Below, one piece after another: positions 37,075 through 47,075 of a DNA stretch of 64,000 nucleotides (positions are counted from its first letter, which is position 1; each line of letters opens with the position of its first letter). The notes beneath the pieces were generated by a model that saw only the letters and a list, made by a program, of their open reading frames with translations, searched no databases and was not told where the DNA came from. Source of the DNA: Persicirhabdus sediminis (lineage in GTDB: Bacteria; Verrucomicrobiota; Verrucomicrobiia; Verrucomicrobiales; Akkermansiaceae); NCBI RefSeq assembly GCF_016595495.1, contig NZ_JAENIM010000016.1, forward strand, positions 1 through 64,000. Direction: 5' to 3'. Made by a program: the position numbers and the translations under genes.

Positions 37075-38715
37075 ATGTCGAGACGTCAACGTAGGAGGGG
37101 GAAACACTCATCTAGCTCATGGTCGAAGTGGATACTGCGAGCTGTATTTTTGCTGATGTTGTTTGTTACTTTGGGTAGTTTTGTATCCTACCGGTGGCTG
37201 CGTAGCTATTTACACAGCGAAGATTTTCGTCATTTGATGGGCCAGTTGACGGGTAGTTTTTTGAAATCAGATGTGAATTACGGCAATTTTCACTGGGAGG
37301 GGATGCGTGTTTCCAGCCCAACATTTTCCTCAACTGGCCACAATGGGAGTCCTGATTTACAGGCTGAAGGCTTGAAAGCTAGTATCCAACTGCAGGGCGT
37401 GAAACGTGGTGTTTGGGAGATTCCTAACTTGCGCGCTAGCCGCTTGAATATTCAGTGGGAAGAACCTGCTCCCGTCGTTAACTCAGGGGAGGTAGCCATG
37501 TCAGGCAATGCCAATCCGGTAAAAGTGGATACCACAGCAGTTAGTCATAAGCAGAGTTTTTGGAGCCGGTTTTTGCCGCAGTACGCTGAAGTCCAATCGA
37601 TGGATGTCTATCAGCTAGATGCACAGGCAAAACTGCTGGAAGGTGATCTAATAGTTTCCGGCGTGACAGCAAAAGTAGAGAAGCAAAGTGGACAGTCTAA
37701 TTACTCCGTAGATTTACGTAATGGTAGCTTAGTATTACCGTGGATAAAGTCGGAGCTTGAGTTGCATCAGGCGAATGGTCGTTGGCAAAACGGCAAAGTT
37801 TATATCAACGACGCTAAGGCTGATTTCTACAAGAATGGTTTGCTGTCGTGTTCAGGCGAATTGCAGGGGAATAGTTTTGATATCTACACAGAGGTTAGCG
37901 GCCTTAGATGCGAGGAGTTGCTAGACAATGTTTGGAGTAAACGTTGCCAAGGTGATCTAGCTGGGCGCATGAATGTCACTAACTACAGTGGTCAGGTTGT
38001 CACGAAGGGTGAGATGAAGGTGAAAAAAGGTGTGCTAACGGGGCTAGAACCTTTGGATGTGATTGCCTCTTATACCATGAATCGCCGTTTTACTCGGCTA
38101 AGTCTATCTGATGTCAGCTGGAAGTTTAAGCGCTACGGGGATGTGTTGGAGTTAGATGATATGTTCATTGCCTCCGAAGGGTTGATTCAGCTGCGAGGTT
38201 ATCTGCATATTAATGGTGAGCAGTTGGATGGTAAGTTTAAGGTGGGGATTACACCGGGCACATTGGCTCATATTCCTGGAGCGGAGACGAAGGTATTTCT
38301 TCCTGGTGAGTTAGGTATGCGTTGGACTGATATACGCATTGGAGGAACTAAATCTGCGCCTACAGAAGATCTCACCGCAAGGCTAATTCAGGCAGCTGGA
38401 GAGAGGTTGTTTGAAATTATTCCTGAAACTGGTGTTAGGGTGCTGAAGCTCACCGGCAAGGCGCTAGGTGAAGGGGCATCGGGTATCGTGGGATCAGGTG
38501 GAGGTGTGATAGAGACTGGAACAGGCCTGATAGAATCCGGCGCGAGCGCTCTACCTACGGAGGTTCTCACTGAAGGCGTGAAGACTGGTGCTGGCGTCAT
38601 TGATTCAGGAGTTGGAGCTGTTGAGGGAGGAATTCGCGGAGTGTTTGGCTTATTGCCAGGATCGACTAGTGAGCGCGCTGAGCCAGCTGAGGAGGAAAAA
38701 GAAGATAGGGAGTAG
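37075..38715 (+). CDS. Membrane-anchored periplasmic protein, possibly AsmA-like, with a Gly-rich repetitive C-terminus
   Basis: The N-terminal RRQRRRGKH precedes a TM helix. The C-terminal 100 aa is GxGxIxSG-type repeats ending in an EEEKEDRE tail. Confidence 0.35.
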   Translation: MSRRQRRRGKHSSSSWSKWILRAVFLLMLFVTLGSFVSYRWLRSYLHSEDFRHLMGQLTGSFLKSDVNYGNFHWEGMRVSSPTFSSTGHNGSPDLQAEGLKASIQLQGVKRGVWEIPNLRASRLNIQWEEPAPVVNSGEVAMSGNANPVKVDTTAVSHKQSFWSRFLPQYAEVQSMDVYQLDAQAKLLEGDLIVSGVTAKVEKQSGQSNYSVDLRNGSLVLPWIKSELELHQANGRWQNGKVYINDAKADFYKNGLLSCSGELQGNSFDIYTEVSGLRCEELLDNVWSKRCQGDLAGRMNVTNYSGQVVTKGEMKVKKGVLTGLEPLDVIASYTMNRRFTRLSLSDVSWKFKRYGDVLELDDMFIASEGLIQLRGYLHINGEQLDGKFKVGITPGTLAHIPGAETKVFLPGELGMRWTDIRIGGTKSAPTEDLTARLIQAAGERLFEIIPETGVRVLKLTGKALGEGASGIVGSGGGVIETGTGLIESGASALPTEVLTEGVKTGAGVIDSGVGAVEGGIRGVFGLLPGSTSERAEPAEEEKEDRE

Positions 38716-38722
38716 AGCTTAT

Positions 38723-40033
38723 CTAGCTGCTAGGCGCTGTGTCGTTTGCGGTACCGTCTAGCTGGCTGGATTCAGTTGATATTTTTGAACTGACGATGTG
38801 AAGGTCACGTTGAGGGTAGGGGATTTGAATCCCAGCTTCCTTGAATTTCTGCCAGATATTTAGCATAACCTGTGAGCGACAGTTAGTGACGCCGGCAGCG
38901 GGATCATTGATCCAAAATCTTAGCTGGAGGTTGATGGAGGAATCACCAAAGCTAATCAATAGTGCTACAGGTTTGGGGTTTTTCAGTACACGGTCAATAC
39001 CTTCGACGCATGATGTTAGTATTTCAAGTGCTTGTGGGATGTCGGTATCATAGGAGACGCCAACGTCAGCTTTGATGCGCACATTGTTATCTGAAAACGA
39101 CCAGTTGATGACTTTGTTAGTGACAAGGTCTTCGTTTGGGATGAGGTGCTCTTTACGGTCTCTGGTTCTCACTGAGACATAGCGTGTATGGAGTGAGTTG
39201 ATCCAGCCGTATGTGCCGTCAACTTCGATCACATCGCCAGGTTTGATTGATTTGTCTAGCAGGATGATGACACCTGAGATGAGGTTTGAGATTACCTTTT
39301 GTAAACCAAAGCCGATACCAAGACCAAGGGCACCTGTGAATACAGTTAGTGAGGCTAGATCCACGCCGGCAATGGACAAGGAGGCTAGTGTGGCAACAGT
39401 GTAAAATAAAAACTTGGTCGCCTTATAAAGCAGGACTTTGATTGATGGTGGGATGTCGCTCCGTGACCCCAAAGTCGCTTTGGTGAATCTCTCAGTTAGG
39501 TGGGCTAGCCAAATGATGATGGCAAAAGCGATGATGGCTAGTGAGATATTCCAGAAGTTGATACTGATGGCGCCAAAGTTGATAGACGCGCCACTGAGGC
39601 TTTTGTATAACGGTTGTGATAGGCCGACTAGTTTTAGAGTGAAGAGTACTAGAATAGTCGCGCCGAGAGTTCTGGGGATAAACGAGCTTTTGGTTATCGA
39701 ATTGACGATATGATAGACGCTGTATGCTGATGTCAGGAAGGCCGCGTTGAACAGATAGTGGTTGCTGTAACCAAGGTTTTCTCTGATGTCCCAAGATAGC
39801 CAGAAGAGCAAGCTGAGCACGATTGGGAAGCCGGATACTTTCGAGCCCGGGTTGAAGAAGCGCAGGCAAAACCTTTTGCAGCTGGAGTTTTCAGCGAAAA
39901 GGGTAATTTTAAGCAGGTGAACCGCTAGGAATGCTAGGCCGATGCAGAGGGCTATACAACTCCATTGCCACCAGTCATCCTTTGTTTCTAGGAGCAGGTT
40001 GAAATACTCGATGACTGGGGTGAAGTCTGGCAT
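38723..40033 (-). CDS. Mechanosensitive ion channel (MscS family)
   Basis: Multiple N-terminal TM helices, then an MscS β-domain (GDVIEVDGTYGWINSLHTRYVSVRTRDRKEHLIPNEDLVTNKVINWSF). Confidence 0.8.
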   Translation of the reverse strand: MPDFTPVIEYFNLLLETKDDWWQWSCIALCIGLAFLAVHLLKITLFAENSSCKRFCLRFFNPGSKVSGFPIVLSLLFWLSWDIRENLGYSNHYLFNAAFLTSAYSVYHIVNSITKSSFIPRTLGATILVLFTLKLVGLSQPLYKSLSGASINFGAISINFWNISLAIIAFAIIIWLAHLTERFTKATLGSRSDIPPSIKVLLYKATKFLFYTVATLASLSIAGVDLASLTVFTGALGLGIGFGLQKVISNLISGVIILLDKSIKPGDVIEVDGTYGWINSLHTRYVSVRTRDRKEHLIPNEDLVTNKVINWSFSDNNVRIKADVGVSYDTDIPQALEILTSCVEGIDRVLKNPKPVALLISFGDSSINLQLRFWINDPAAGVTNCRSQVMLNIWQKFKEAGIQIPYPQRDLHIVSSKISTESSQLDGTANDTAPSS

Positions 40034-40036
40034 GGC

Positions 40037-40534
40037 TTAGCTAGGTTCGGCTAGGGACTCTTCTAGCGCTGAAAATACTGGCGCTGGAACATATCGGCTA
40101 ACTGTTTTTTGCCAGCCCTTTGGTCCGATAAGCCCTTTAACCATACTGGAAGATAGCTCGGCAATATCACGGGGGGGCATGAGAAAAACGGTGCTGATTT
40201 CAGGAGCCATGTCTGCATTGATGTGGCGCATCACTCGTTCATATTCGTAATCGTGTGATGATCTAATGCCTCGTAGGATGTATTGCGCTCCCACGCTGTT
40301 AGCGTAGTCTACCAAAAAGCTGTTATCAAACTCGGCTACAGTGAGCCGCTCACTGCTAGGTAGTGAGTTAGCAAGTAGTTCCATGCGTTCCTGCACACTG
40401 AATGTGTAGGCTTTCATTGGGTTGCTGCCGATGGCTACGTATAGGTGATCAAAAATTTCTAATCCTTTTTTGATCATCCACATGTGGCCGTTAGTAGGTG
40501 GGTCAAATGACCCCGCGTAGATGGCGATGCGCAT
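40037..40534 (-). CDS. coaD: Phosphopantetheine adenylyltransferase
   Basis: MRIAIYAGSFDPPTNGHMWMIKKG (HxGH nucleotidyltransferase). 165 aa. Confidence 0.9.
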   Translation of the reverse strand: MRIAIYAGSFDPPTNGHMWMIKKGLEIFDHLYVAIGSNPMKAYTFSVQERMELLANSLPSSERLTVAEFDNSFLVDYANSVGAQYILRGIRSSHDYEYERVMRHINADMAPEISTVFLMPPRDIAELSSSMVKGLIGPKGWQKTVSRYVPAPVFSALEESLAEPS

Positions 40535-40634
40535 GAGTATATTGGTTGCTAAGGGATGAATGTTTGTTTTTTTCTAAAACAAAGCTAGCTGGTGGATATT
40601 AGCAGCAAAAGTAATTTTTATGAAAATGCAAAGC

Positions 40635-41834
40635 CTAGAGCTTGTGGCCCATGCGGTCTTTTTTCGTCTGCAGATATTTCTCGTTATCTGGGTTTGATGG
40701 TAGAGAGATAGGAATTTGCTCGACGATTTCTAACCCGTAGCCTTCTAAGCCGATAATCTTCTTCGGGTTGTTAGTCATTAGACGGATCTTGGTGATGCCG
40801 CAGTCACTGAGCATTTGCGCGCCCATGCCGTAGTCGCGCAGGTCAGACGGATAACCTAACTTTTCATTTGCTTCGATGGTGTCGTACCCTTGCTCTTGAA
40901 GTTTGTAGGCGTGGATTTTTGCTTTTAGGCCAATGCCGCGTCCTTCTTGGCGTAGGTAGAGCAATACGCCGCCTTCTTCGGCGATGCGCTCGAGTGCTTG
41001 GTGGAGCTGTCCGCCGCAATCGCAGCGACGGCTCATAAATACATCACCCGTGAGACATTCTGAGTGCACGCGCACGAGGGTAGGCTTTTCTGGGTCGATG
41101 GCTCCTTTTTGCAGCACAAGGTGTTCTTCGCCATCAGTGAGGTGGGTGTAGAGGTGGCAGTCAAATTCACCGTAGTCTGTTGGCAGTTTGATGCTTTGTT
41201 CACGGCGAACTAATTTTTCAGACATGCGGCGGTACTCGATGAGTTCTGAAATCGTGCAAGCTTTCAGATTGTGCTCGGCCTGATATTCACCGAGGTCGCC
41301 ACTGCGGGCCATGGTGCCATCGGCGTGCATGATTTCGCAGATCACCGCAGCGGGCTCAAGGCCAGCTAGAATGGCTAAGTCAACTGAGGCTTCTGTATGG
41401 CCAGCGCGTTGCAAGACACCGCCGTGTACTGCCTGAAGTGGGAAAATGTGTCCCGGCTGGATGAGGTCTTCTGGCTGGGTTTTTGGATCAGCTAGCAGGC
41501 GAGCTGCGAGCGCGCGGTCTGCTGCTGAGATACCAGTGGTGATGCCTTTGGCGGCATCTACGGAAACGGTAAATGCGGTGCCCAGTGCCTCGCGGTTATG
41601 TTTTGTCATTTGTGGCAGATCCAGCTCGATTGCTTTTTCCTGAGAAATAGGAGCACAGATGAGCCCGCGACCGTTATTGGCCATGAATGCGATGGTCTCG
41701 GGCGTGATGCCTTGCGCAGCCGCAACGAGGTCGGCTTCGTTTTCGCGCGATGGATCGTCAACAACGATTACCATGTGGCCAGATGCAATTTCCGCGATGA
41801 TTTCTTCGACGGGGCTGAATGACAGTGCAGACAT
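40635..41834 (-). CDS. ribBA: Bifunctional 3,4-dihydroxy-2-butanone-4-phosphate synthase / GTP cyclohydrolase II
   Basis: VVVDDPSRENEADLVAAAQ (DHBP synthase) and the C-terminal GTP cyclohydrolase II region with CDCG. 399 aa. Confidence 0.9.
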   Translation of the reverse strand: MSALSFSPVEEIIAEIASGHMVIVVDDPSRENEADLVAAAQGITPETIAFMANNGRGLICAPISQEKAIELDLPQMTKHNREALGTAFTVSVDAAKGITTGISAADRALAARLLADPKTQPEDLIQPGHIFPLQAVHGGVLQRAGHTEASVDLAILAGLEPAAVICEIMHADGTMARSGDLGEYQAEHNLKACTISELIEYRRMSEKLVRREQSIKLPTDYGEFDCHLYTHLTDGEEHLVLQKGAIDPEKPTLVRVHSECLTGDVFMSRRCDCGGQLHQALERIAEEGGVLLYLRQEGRGIGLKAKIHAYKLQEQGYDTIEANEKLGYPSDLRDYGMGAQMLSDCGITKIRLMTNNPKKIIGLEGYGLEIVEQIPISLPSNPDNEKYLQTKKDRMGHKL

Positions 41835-42159
41835 ACTCGGACAATACTCCAGAGGCTACAAAACGAAACCCTAATTTTCAGTAAAGATTGAATAGTTGTC
41901 TGGCTGTATTGCAGGTGGAATCGGGCGCGGGCGGTTTTTTGACAGCCTGCTGGATAGACGCGAAGCTGGTCGCCAGCTTGGCTGGTCGTGGGATTTCATC
42001 TAGCTGGACCAGCTGGGCACATGGAAATACGAAAATCACTGCGCTAAATGGCTGGCGAGCGCTCAGTATATGTTGGTGTTTGCGAGCTGCATTTCTGGTT
42101 ATGTAAACAGGTATTTGAGCTAACTGAATTTGTGTCTTAGGTAGATTGCTGCACATTCC

Positions 42160-42978
42160 TTGAAATTTAGTATTTCTCAATGGGGGAAAGCGTTCTATGT
42201 ATTCGTCAGGATGGAGTCTGTACTCATAACATTGGCAAGTATTGTAGCGCTTATCGTGACCGTAATGGGTGCGCGATATGTGCACGTAGGTGAGCGTTCG
42301 CAATGGACCTTACCATTGATGATAGTAGTTTTTGCGCTGCAGCTTAGTGAGTTGGGTATTCGAGGTGAGGCTCGAGCAGCCTGTCCGCTGATGGATATTG
42401 GCGAGATTTGTATTTTTGCAGCGTGGTCGCTGACGATGTTTTATTTGATGGTGGGCTCGGTTTACCGTTTGTCTTTGTTGGGGGTATTTACTGCACCGCT
42501 TGTTTTGGTATTGATGTTGGCGGCGCTGGTTCCCGGTGCGCTGGATGCAGATCCACAGCCGGTGAGTGACCATCAGGGGGCTACGGCGATTCATTCTGCG
42601 CTGTCGGTTTTATCTTATGGCGCTTTTGGATTGGCGGCAGTTTCTGCGGTAATGTTTTTGGTTTTAGACAAGCAGCTGAAGGGTGGGCACCCAAGCACTG
42701 GCTTATTTAGAAACCTGCCACCTATTCATTCTCTGACACAAAGCGTGGCTCGGTTGCTATTCCTTGGGCTGATTCTTTTATCTGTGGGGGTGATCTTTGG
42801 ATTCACTGCAGCCTATGAAGGCGGAATCAGTAATCACCTCTGGTTGGCGACTGCTGTGTGGATTGGTTATCTTGTTTTGTTGTCAGTTTGGCAATTTCGT
42901 GGCATGCCGCCGCGGACATTCTCAATCACCGCTGTCTTTCTCTTTGTGTTTTCACTCGTTATTTTCCCACTGCTCTAA
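42160..42978 (+). CDS. HemX/CcsA-like integral membrane protein (cytochrome c assembly family) in the hemAXCD position
   Basis: Eight TM helices. The stop overlaps the hemA start (TAATG). The position matches Bacillus hemX. Confidence 0.5.
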   Translation: MKFSISQWGKAFYVFVRMESVLITLASIVALIVTVMGARYVHVGERSQWTLPLMIVVFALQLSELGIRGEARAACPLMDIGEICIFAAWSLTMFYLMVGSVYRLSLLGVFTAPLVLVLMLAALVPGALDADPQPVSDHQGATAIHSALSVLSYGAFGLAAVSAVMFLVLDKQLKGGHPSTGLFRNLPPIHSLTQSVARLLFLGLILLSVGVIFGFTAAYEGGISNHLWLATAVWIGYLVLLSVWQFRGMPPRTFSITAVFLFVFSLVIFPLL

Positions 42979-43979
42979 TGAATTTAATCTGTCTCGGTCT
43001 GAACCATCAGAGCGCGCCAGTTGAGTTGCGCGAACGATTTGCTGTGCCCGACGGCCTGCTGGGGGATGAGGGTGCGAAGTTGACTGAGCTCAACGACGTG
43101 GCTGAAGGTGTGGTGATTTCTACCTGTAATAGGATGGAAATCTATGTGGCTGTGGAGGACTTAGAGCTTGGATCTAAGGTGCTGCGCAATTATCTCGAAG
43201 AAACTCGTGGGCTCGATCACGCTAGCGCTGAGCATTTCTATGAAAAGCACAGTGTGGAGGCTGCTCAGCATCTATGCCGTGTGGTCAGCGGGCTGGATTC
43301 CATGGTTCTTGGTGAGACCGAGATCTTTGGTCAGGTGAAGCAGGCGTATAAGCAGGCGCTGGATAAGGGGGCGACTAAGGGAGTGCTGAACCGCTTGTTC
43401 CAGAAATCTTTTGGTGTGGGCAAAAAAGTGCGCACGCAGACGGATATCCAACGCGGGCAAACATCAGTAGGCTCGGTGGCGGTTGATCTTGCTGAGAAGA
43501 TTTTTGGCAAACTCAAAGACTGCAGCGTGATGATGATTGGCGCTGGAGAGATGGGGCGTACCACTTCGCAGAGTTTTATGTCTCGCGGCGCTAAGGAGCT
43601 GTTTGTTACCAACCGTTCATTGGATAAAGCTGTAGATCTAGCTGGCAGCTTAGGCGGCACAGCAGTGGCTTTTGATGAATGGGAGGATGTGCTGGCTAAG
43701 GTGGATGTGGTGGTTTCCTCGACAGGAGCTCAACATCCAGTATTACTGGCTGAGCACGTGCAGAAGGTGCGCAGGAAACGTAAATACAAACCGCTCTTCC
43801 TGATTGATATTGCCGTGCCTCGCGACATTGACCCAGCTACTGGTGAGATCGAAGAAGTTTACCTCTACGACATGGACCAGCTGCAAGAGCTGGCGGCTGA
43901 CGCGCGCGAGAGACGCCTCGAGCAGGTACGCATTTGCGACGAAATCATTAAAGAGGAAGTAGAAAAAATGCTCGGCTAG
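42978..43979 (+). CDS. hemA: Glutamyl-tRNA reductase. The ORF is open from 42858. The start was chosen as the MNLICLGLNHQ ATG at 42978.
   Basis: LGLNHQSAPVELRE, VISTCNRMEIY (catalytic Cys), GAGEMG NADPH fold. Confidence 0.9.
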   Translation: MNLICLGLNHQSAPVELRERFAVPDGLLGDEGAKLTELNDVAEGVVISTCNRMEIYVAVEDLELGSKVLRNYLEETRGLDHASAEHFYEKHSVEAAQHLCRVVSGLDSMVLGETEIFGQVKQAYKQALDKGATKGVLNRLFQKSFGVGKKVRTQTDIQRGQTSVGSVAVDLAEKIFGKLKDCSVMMIGAGEMGRTTSQSFMSRGAKELFVTNRSLDKAVDLAGSLGGTAVAFDEWEDVLAKVDVVVSSTGAQHPVLLAEHVQKVRRKRKYKPLFLIDIAVPRDIDPATGEIEEVYLYDMDQLQELAADARERRLEQVRICDEIIKEEVEKMLG

Positions 43980-43983
43980 CTGG

Positions 43984-44949
43984 GTGCAAAACAAATTTAA
44001 AAACATGAGTGATGGACAAGCAATTTTCAAGGTAGGGACACGCGGAAGCGCCCTAGCACTAGTGCAGGCTGAAATGACAGAATCTGCGCTGCGTGAAAAA
44101 TTTTCCCAGCTGGAATACCAGCGTGTGGTGATCAAAACGATTGGCGACAAGCGCACGGATGTGCCTTTGAAAGACGTCGCCAAAGTGGAAGGTGTGCTCG
44201 ATAAGGGAGTTTTCACTAAAGAGCTGGAAATTGCTCTGCTGGCTAAGGAAGTCGACGTGGCCGTTCACAGCCTTAAGGATGTGCCAACCGTGCTGGATGA
44301 TGAATTTGAAATTGCTGGCGCGCTGGAGCGAGCTCCACTGCGTGATGTTTTGGTCTGTGCTCAGGCTGGTGGTCTCGATGCCTTGCCAAAAGGTGCGCGC
44401 GTCGGCACAAGCAGTGTGCGCCGTCAAAAGCAGCTGCTTTACCTACGTCCGGACCTCGAGCTGGTTGACATCCGTGGCAATGTGCCGACTCGGCTAGAAA
44501 AGCTGATCAAAGAAGATTACGATGCCATCATGCTAGCTGAAGCTGGTTTGGTGCGACTGGGTTATTCAATCGACGGTGAGCTGGAAATTCCAGCTGGCGT
44601 GGTTTACCCGCAAGCGCTCGATCCAGCTGAGTTTTTGCCAGCTGCAAGTCAGGGCATTGTTGGATTTGAAATCCGCAGCGATGACGAAGAATCACGTAAG
44701 ATTGTGGAGGGGGTGACGCATTACGAATCCATGATGCAGGCGCTAGCTGAACGCGAGTTTTTACGCCTGATCGACGGCGGCTGTCATACTCCAGTGGGTG
44801 TGTATACTCAGCTGATTGACGGTCAGCTTGTGATGGCGGCGCGTGTTTTCCCAGACGAAGGAAACGAGCCGCCAAAAGAATCAAAAGCATCTGGTCCAAT
44901 CGACCAGCCGTTGGTCGTTGGTGGTGAACTTTTTGCAAAACTAGCATGA
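43984..44949 (+). CDS. hemC: Porphobilinogen deaminase (hydroxymethylbilane synthase)
   Basis: KVGTRGSALALVQA, the dipyrromethane cofactor Cys context GGCHTPVG. Confidence 0.9.
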   Translation: MQNKFKNMSDGQAIFKVGTRGSALALVQAEMTESALREKFSQLEYQRVVIKTIGDKRTDVPLKDVAKVEGVLDKGVFTKELEIALLAKEVDVAVHSLKDVPTVLDDEFEIAGALERAPLRDVLVCAQAGGLDALPKGARVGTSSVRRQKQLLYLRPDLELVDIRGNVPTRLEKLIKEDYDAIMLAEAGLVRLGYSIDGELEIPAGVVYPQALDPAEFLPAASQGIVGFEIRSDDEESRKIVEGVTHYESMMQALAEREFLRLIDGGCHTPVGVYTQLIDGQLVMAARVFPDEGNEPPKESKASGPIDQPLVVGGELFAKLA

Positions 44950-46457
44950 GTAAGCAGGGGATTTGTTATTTAACCGGTGGCGGGCCAGGTGACATTGGAC
45001 TGGTCACTCTGAAGGCGCGTGATCGAATTGCTGAAGCTGACGTGCTGGTCTACGACGCGTTGAGCAGCGTTGAGCTTCTCAGCTGGACCAAGGCAGATTG
45101 CGAAAAAATCAACGTTGGCAAGCGCGCCAACAAGCACACCTTACCGCAGGAGCAGATCAACGCGCTGCTGGTGGAAAAAGTGGCTGCAGGGAATAAAGTC
45201 GTGCGCCTGAAAGGTGGCGATCCGATGATCTTCGGGCGCGGCGGTGAAGAGGCTGAAGCTCTGGCTGCAGCTGGATTGCGCTTTGAGGTGATTCCTGGAA
45301 TTTCCTCTGCGCTAGCAGGACCAGTCTACGCTGGCATTCCGCTCACTCACCGCGAACATGGCGCTCAGGTGACAATTTTCTCTGGCCACGAGGCTGAGGG
45401 GAAAGAATCGAGTGGCGTCGACTACGAGCTGCTGGCAAAAACTCGCGGCTGCAAAGTTTTCCTCATGGGGGTGTCGCAGATTGAGCGCATTACTAGTGAG
45501 TTTATCAAATACGGTGCAGACGCTGATACGCCAATCACGCTCACTCGCTGGGCGACGACTGGTAGGCAAAAAACCATCCGTGGCACGCTGGCTACTATCG
45601 TAGACATCGTTAAAGAACAAAATTTTAAAGCTCCAGCTGTTGGGGTGATAGGCAACATTATCGAGAAAATGGACAAGATTCAATGGTATGAAAACCGCCC
45701 ACTTCTGGGCAAACGCATCGTGGTGACAAGAACTCAGATGCAGTCGAGCAGACTGAGTAAAAAGCTCACTGACATTGGTGCCGACGTGCTCGAGCTGCCA
45801 GTGATTCGGGTGGCAGATCCAAGTGATCGCCAAGGATTTGCCGAAGGGGTGGCACACGCGCACACCTACGACTGGCTCGTTTTCACTAGTCCAAATGGAG
45901 TGGAGCGATTCTTCGAGGCCTTTTTTGCCACCTACGCGGATGCGCGTAGCATCGGCGGCTGTCGTATTGCAGCTCTCGGACCAGGTACGGCTGAAAAAAT
46001 CAAAGCGTATCGATTTGCTACTGATTTGATCCCAGATCGCCACATCGCCGAAGGGCTGGTTGAGGCATTTGAGAAAAATGAAAATATCGAAAACCAAACG
46101 GTGCTCTGGGTTCGCCCAGAAAATGCTCGTCCAGTGCTCGGTGACGGATTGGCCAAACAAGGCGCCATCGTCGATGAATGCATCGCTTACAAAATTGAGG
46201 CCGAAACCGAAGATCCAACGGGTGCTGCCAAACGATTTGCCGAAGAAGGTGCTGATTTGGTGACTTTCACCAGCTCGTCAACCGCAAGACATTTCAAAGA
46301 CCTCGAGCTGCCGTGGCCAGCTGAATGCAAAGCTGCCAGCATCGGCCCTCAAACCAGCGGCACGCTCAAAGAGCTAGGCTTCGAAATTGGTACAGAAGCC
46401 AGCCCTCACAACCTAGACGGCCTCGTCGAGGCTATCGTTGAGCTGCTCGGCGAGTAG
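44946..46457 (+). CDS. Fusion of uroporphyrinogen-III C-methyltransferase (CobA) and uroporphyrinogen-III synthase (HemD)
   Basis: N-terminus GICYLTGGGPGDIGLVTLKA...VLVYDAL...GGDPMIFGRG (SUMT). The C-terminal half is HemD-like. Confidence 0.8.
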   Translation: MSKQGICYLTGGGPGDIGLVTLKARDRIAEADVLVYDALSSVELLSWTKADCEKINVGKRANKHTLPQEQINALLVEKVAAGNKVVRLKGGDPMIFGRGGEEAEALAAAGLRFEVIPGISSALAGPVYAGIPLTHREHGAQVTIFSGHEAEGKESSGVDYELLAKTRGCKVFLMGVSQIERITSEFIKYGADADTPITLTRWATTGRQKTIRGTLATIVDIVKEQNFKAPAVGVIGNIIEKMDKIQWYENRPLLGKRIVVTRTQMQSSRLSKKLTDIGADVLELPVIRVADPSDRQGFAEGVAHAHTYDWLVFTSPNGVERFFEAFFATYADARSIGGCRIAALGPGTAEKIKAYRFATDLIPDRHIAEGLVEAFEKNENIENQTVLWVRPENARPVLGDGLAKQGAIVDECIAYKIEAETEDPTGAAKRFAEEGADLVTFTSSSTARHFKDLELPWPAECKAASIGPQTSGTLKELGFEIGTEASPHNLDGLVEAIVELLGE

Positions 46458-46497
46458 ATTTTCACCGCTTAGCGCAATTCATTAGCTTTAAATTCAG

Positions 46498-46530
46498 CGA
46501 GGTCCTTCTGGGCCTCGCTTAATTTTTTTG
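46498..46530 (+). terminator. Rho-independent terminator after the hem operon
   Basis: GCGAGGTCC-ttct-GGGCCTCGC then TTAATTTTTTT. Confidence 0.65.
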
Positions 46531-47075
46531 TACTGTAGAGGGTTCTATGGAAATACTTACTAGCTGGCTCGGACCCGTGGTGAGGCTGTTATTGGAGTAT
46601 GAATGCAAGCGACGCAGGGTGATTATTTACCTTCGAGATGCTGCGTGTTTGCCGAGGGGTATTCTCTACCTGGAGAAAGGTTCTATGGTTCTAGATTTTT
46701 TCAAGAGAGCACAATCCGTCTCAAAGTCGAAGTTTTTGAGGTCGTGACTAGGTGATGGCATATCTGCCTAGAAGTTGCTGAGTAAGCGGCTGATAAGATG
46801 TTTAGTGACTTTTGGTAGCTGGTTTGTACTTGTTATGTTAGTTCTATCTAGAAGTAATGATTTATCAATGCTGTAAGGTGGTTGGCATTTATAGTGATGT
46901 GTATGATCATGTTGATGGGAATGGTTGATTTGTCGGTTATTGTGAAACGTTCGTGTATGGCGGCGCTATTGTTTGATTGTCATGAATTTGTGCTCAAGAT
47001 TAACGTTTAGTTAACCTGTGTTTAGTTTTTCAACTTGTCATATCATTAGTCGGGTCGTAATTATTAGATACTTCC

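Noticed and set aside
41835-42159. Possible FMN (RFN) riboswitch upstream of ribBA on the minus strand
   Set aside because: I reverse-complemented the 300 nt upstream of the ribBA start and looked for the conserved RFN blocks (GGGCAGGGTGAAATTCCC, GGATTCAGT, AAGCCGACAGT...GGATGGGAGAAGG). None are present. The region holds only CCAGCTGG-type palindromes. If rib regulation exists it is not a canonical FMN riboswitch here.
46547-46747. 66-aa ORF in the AT-rich gap
   Set aside because: Cys/Arg-rich with odd composition, no RBS, and it sits inside an obviously non-coding AT-rich stretch. Likely spurious.
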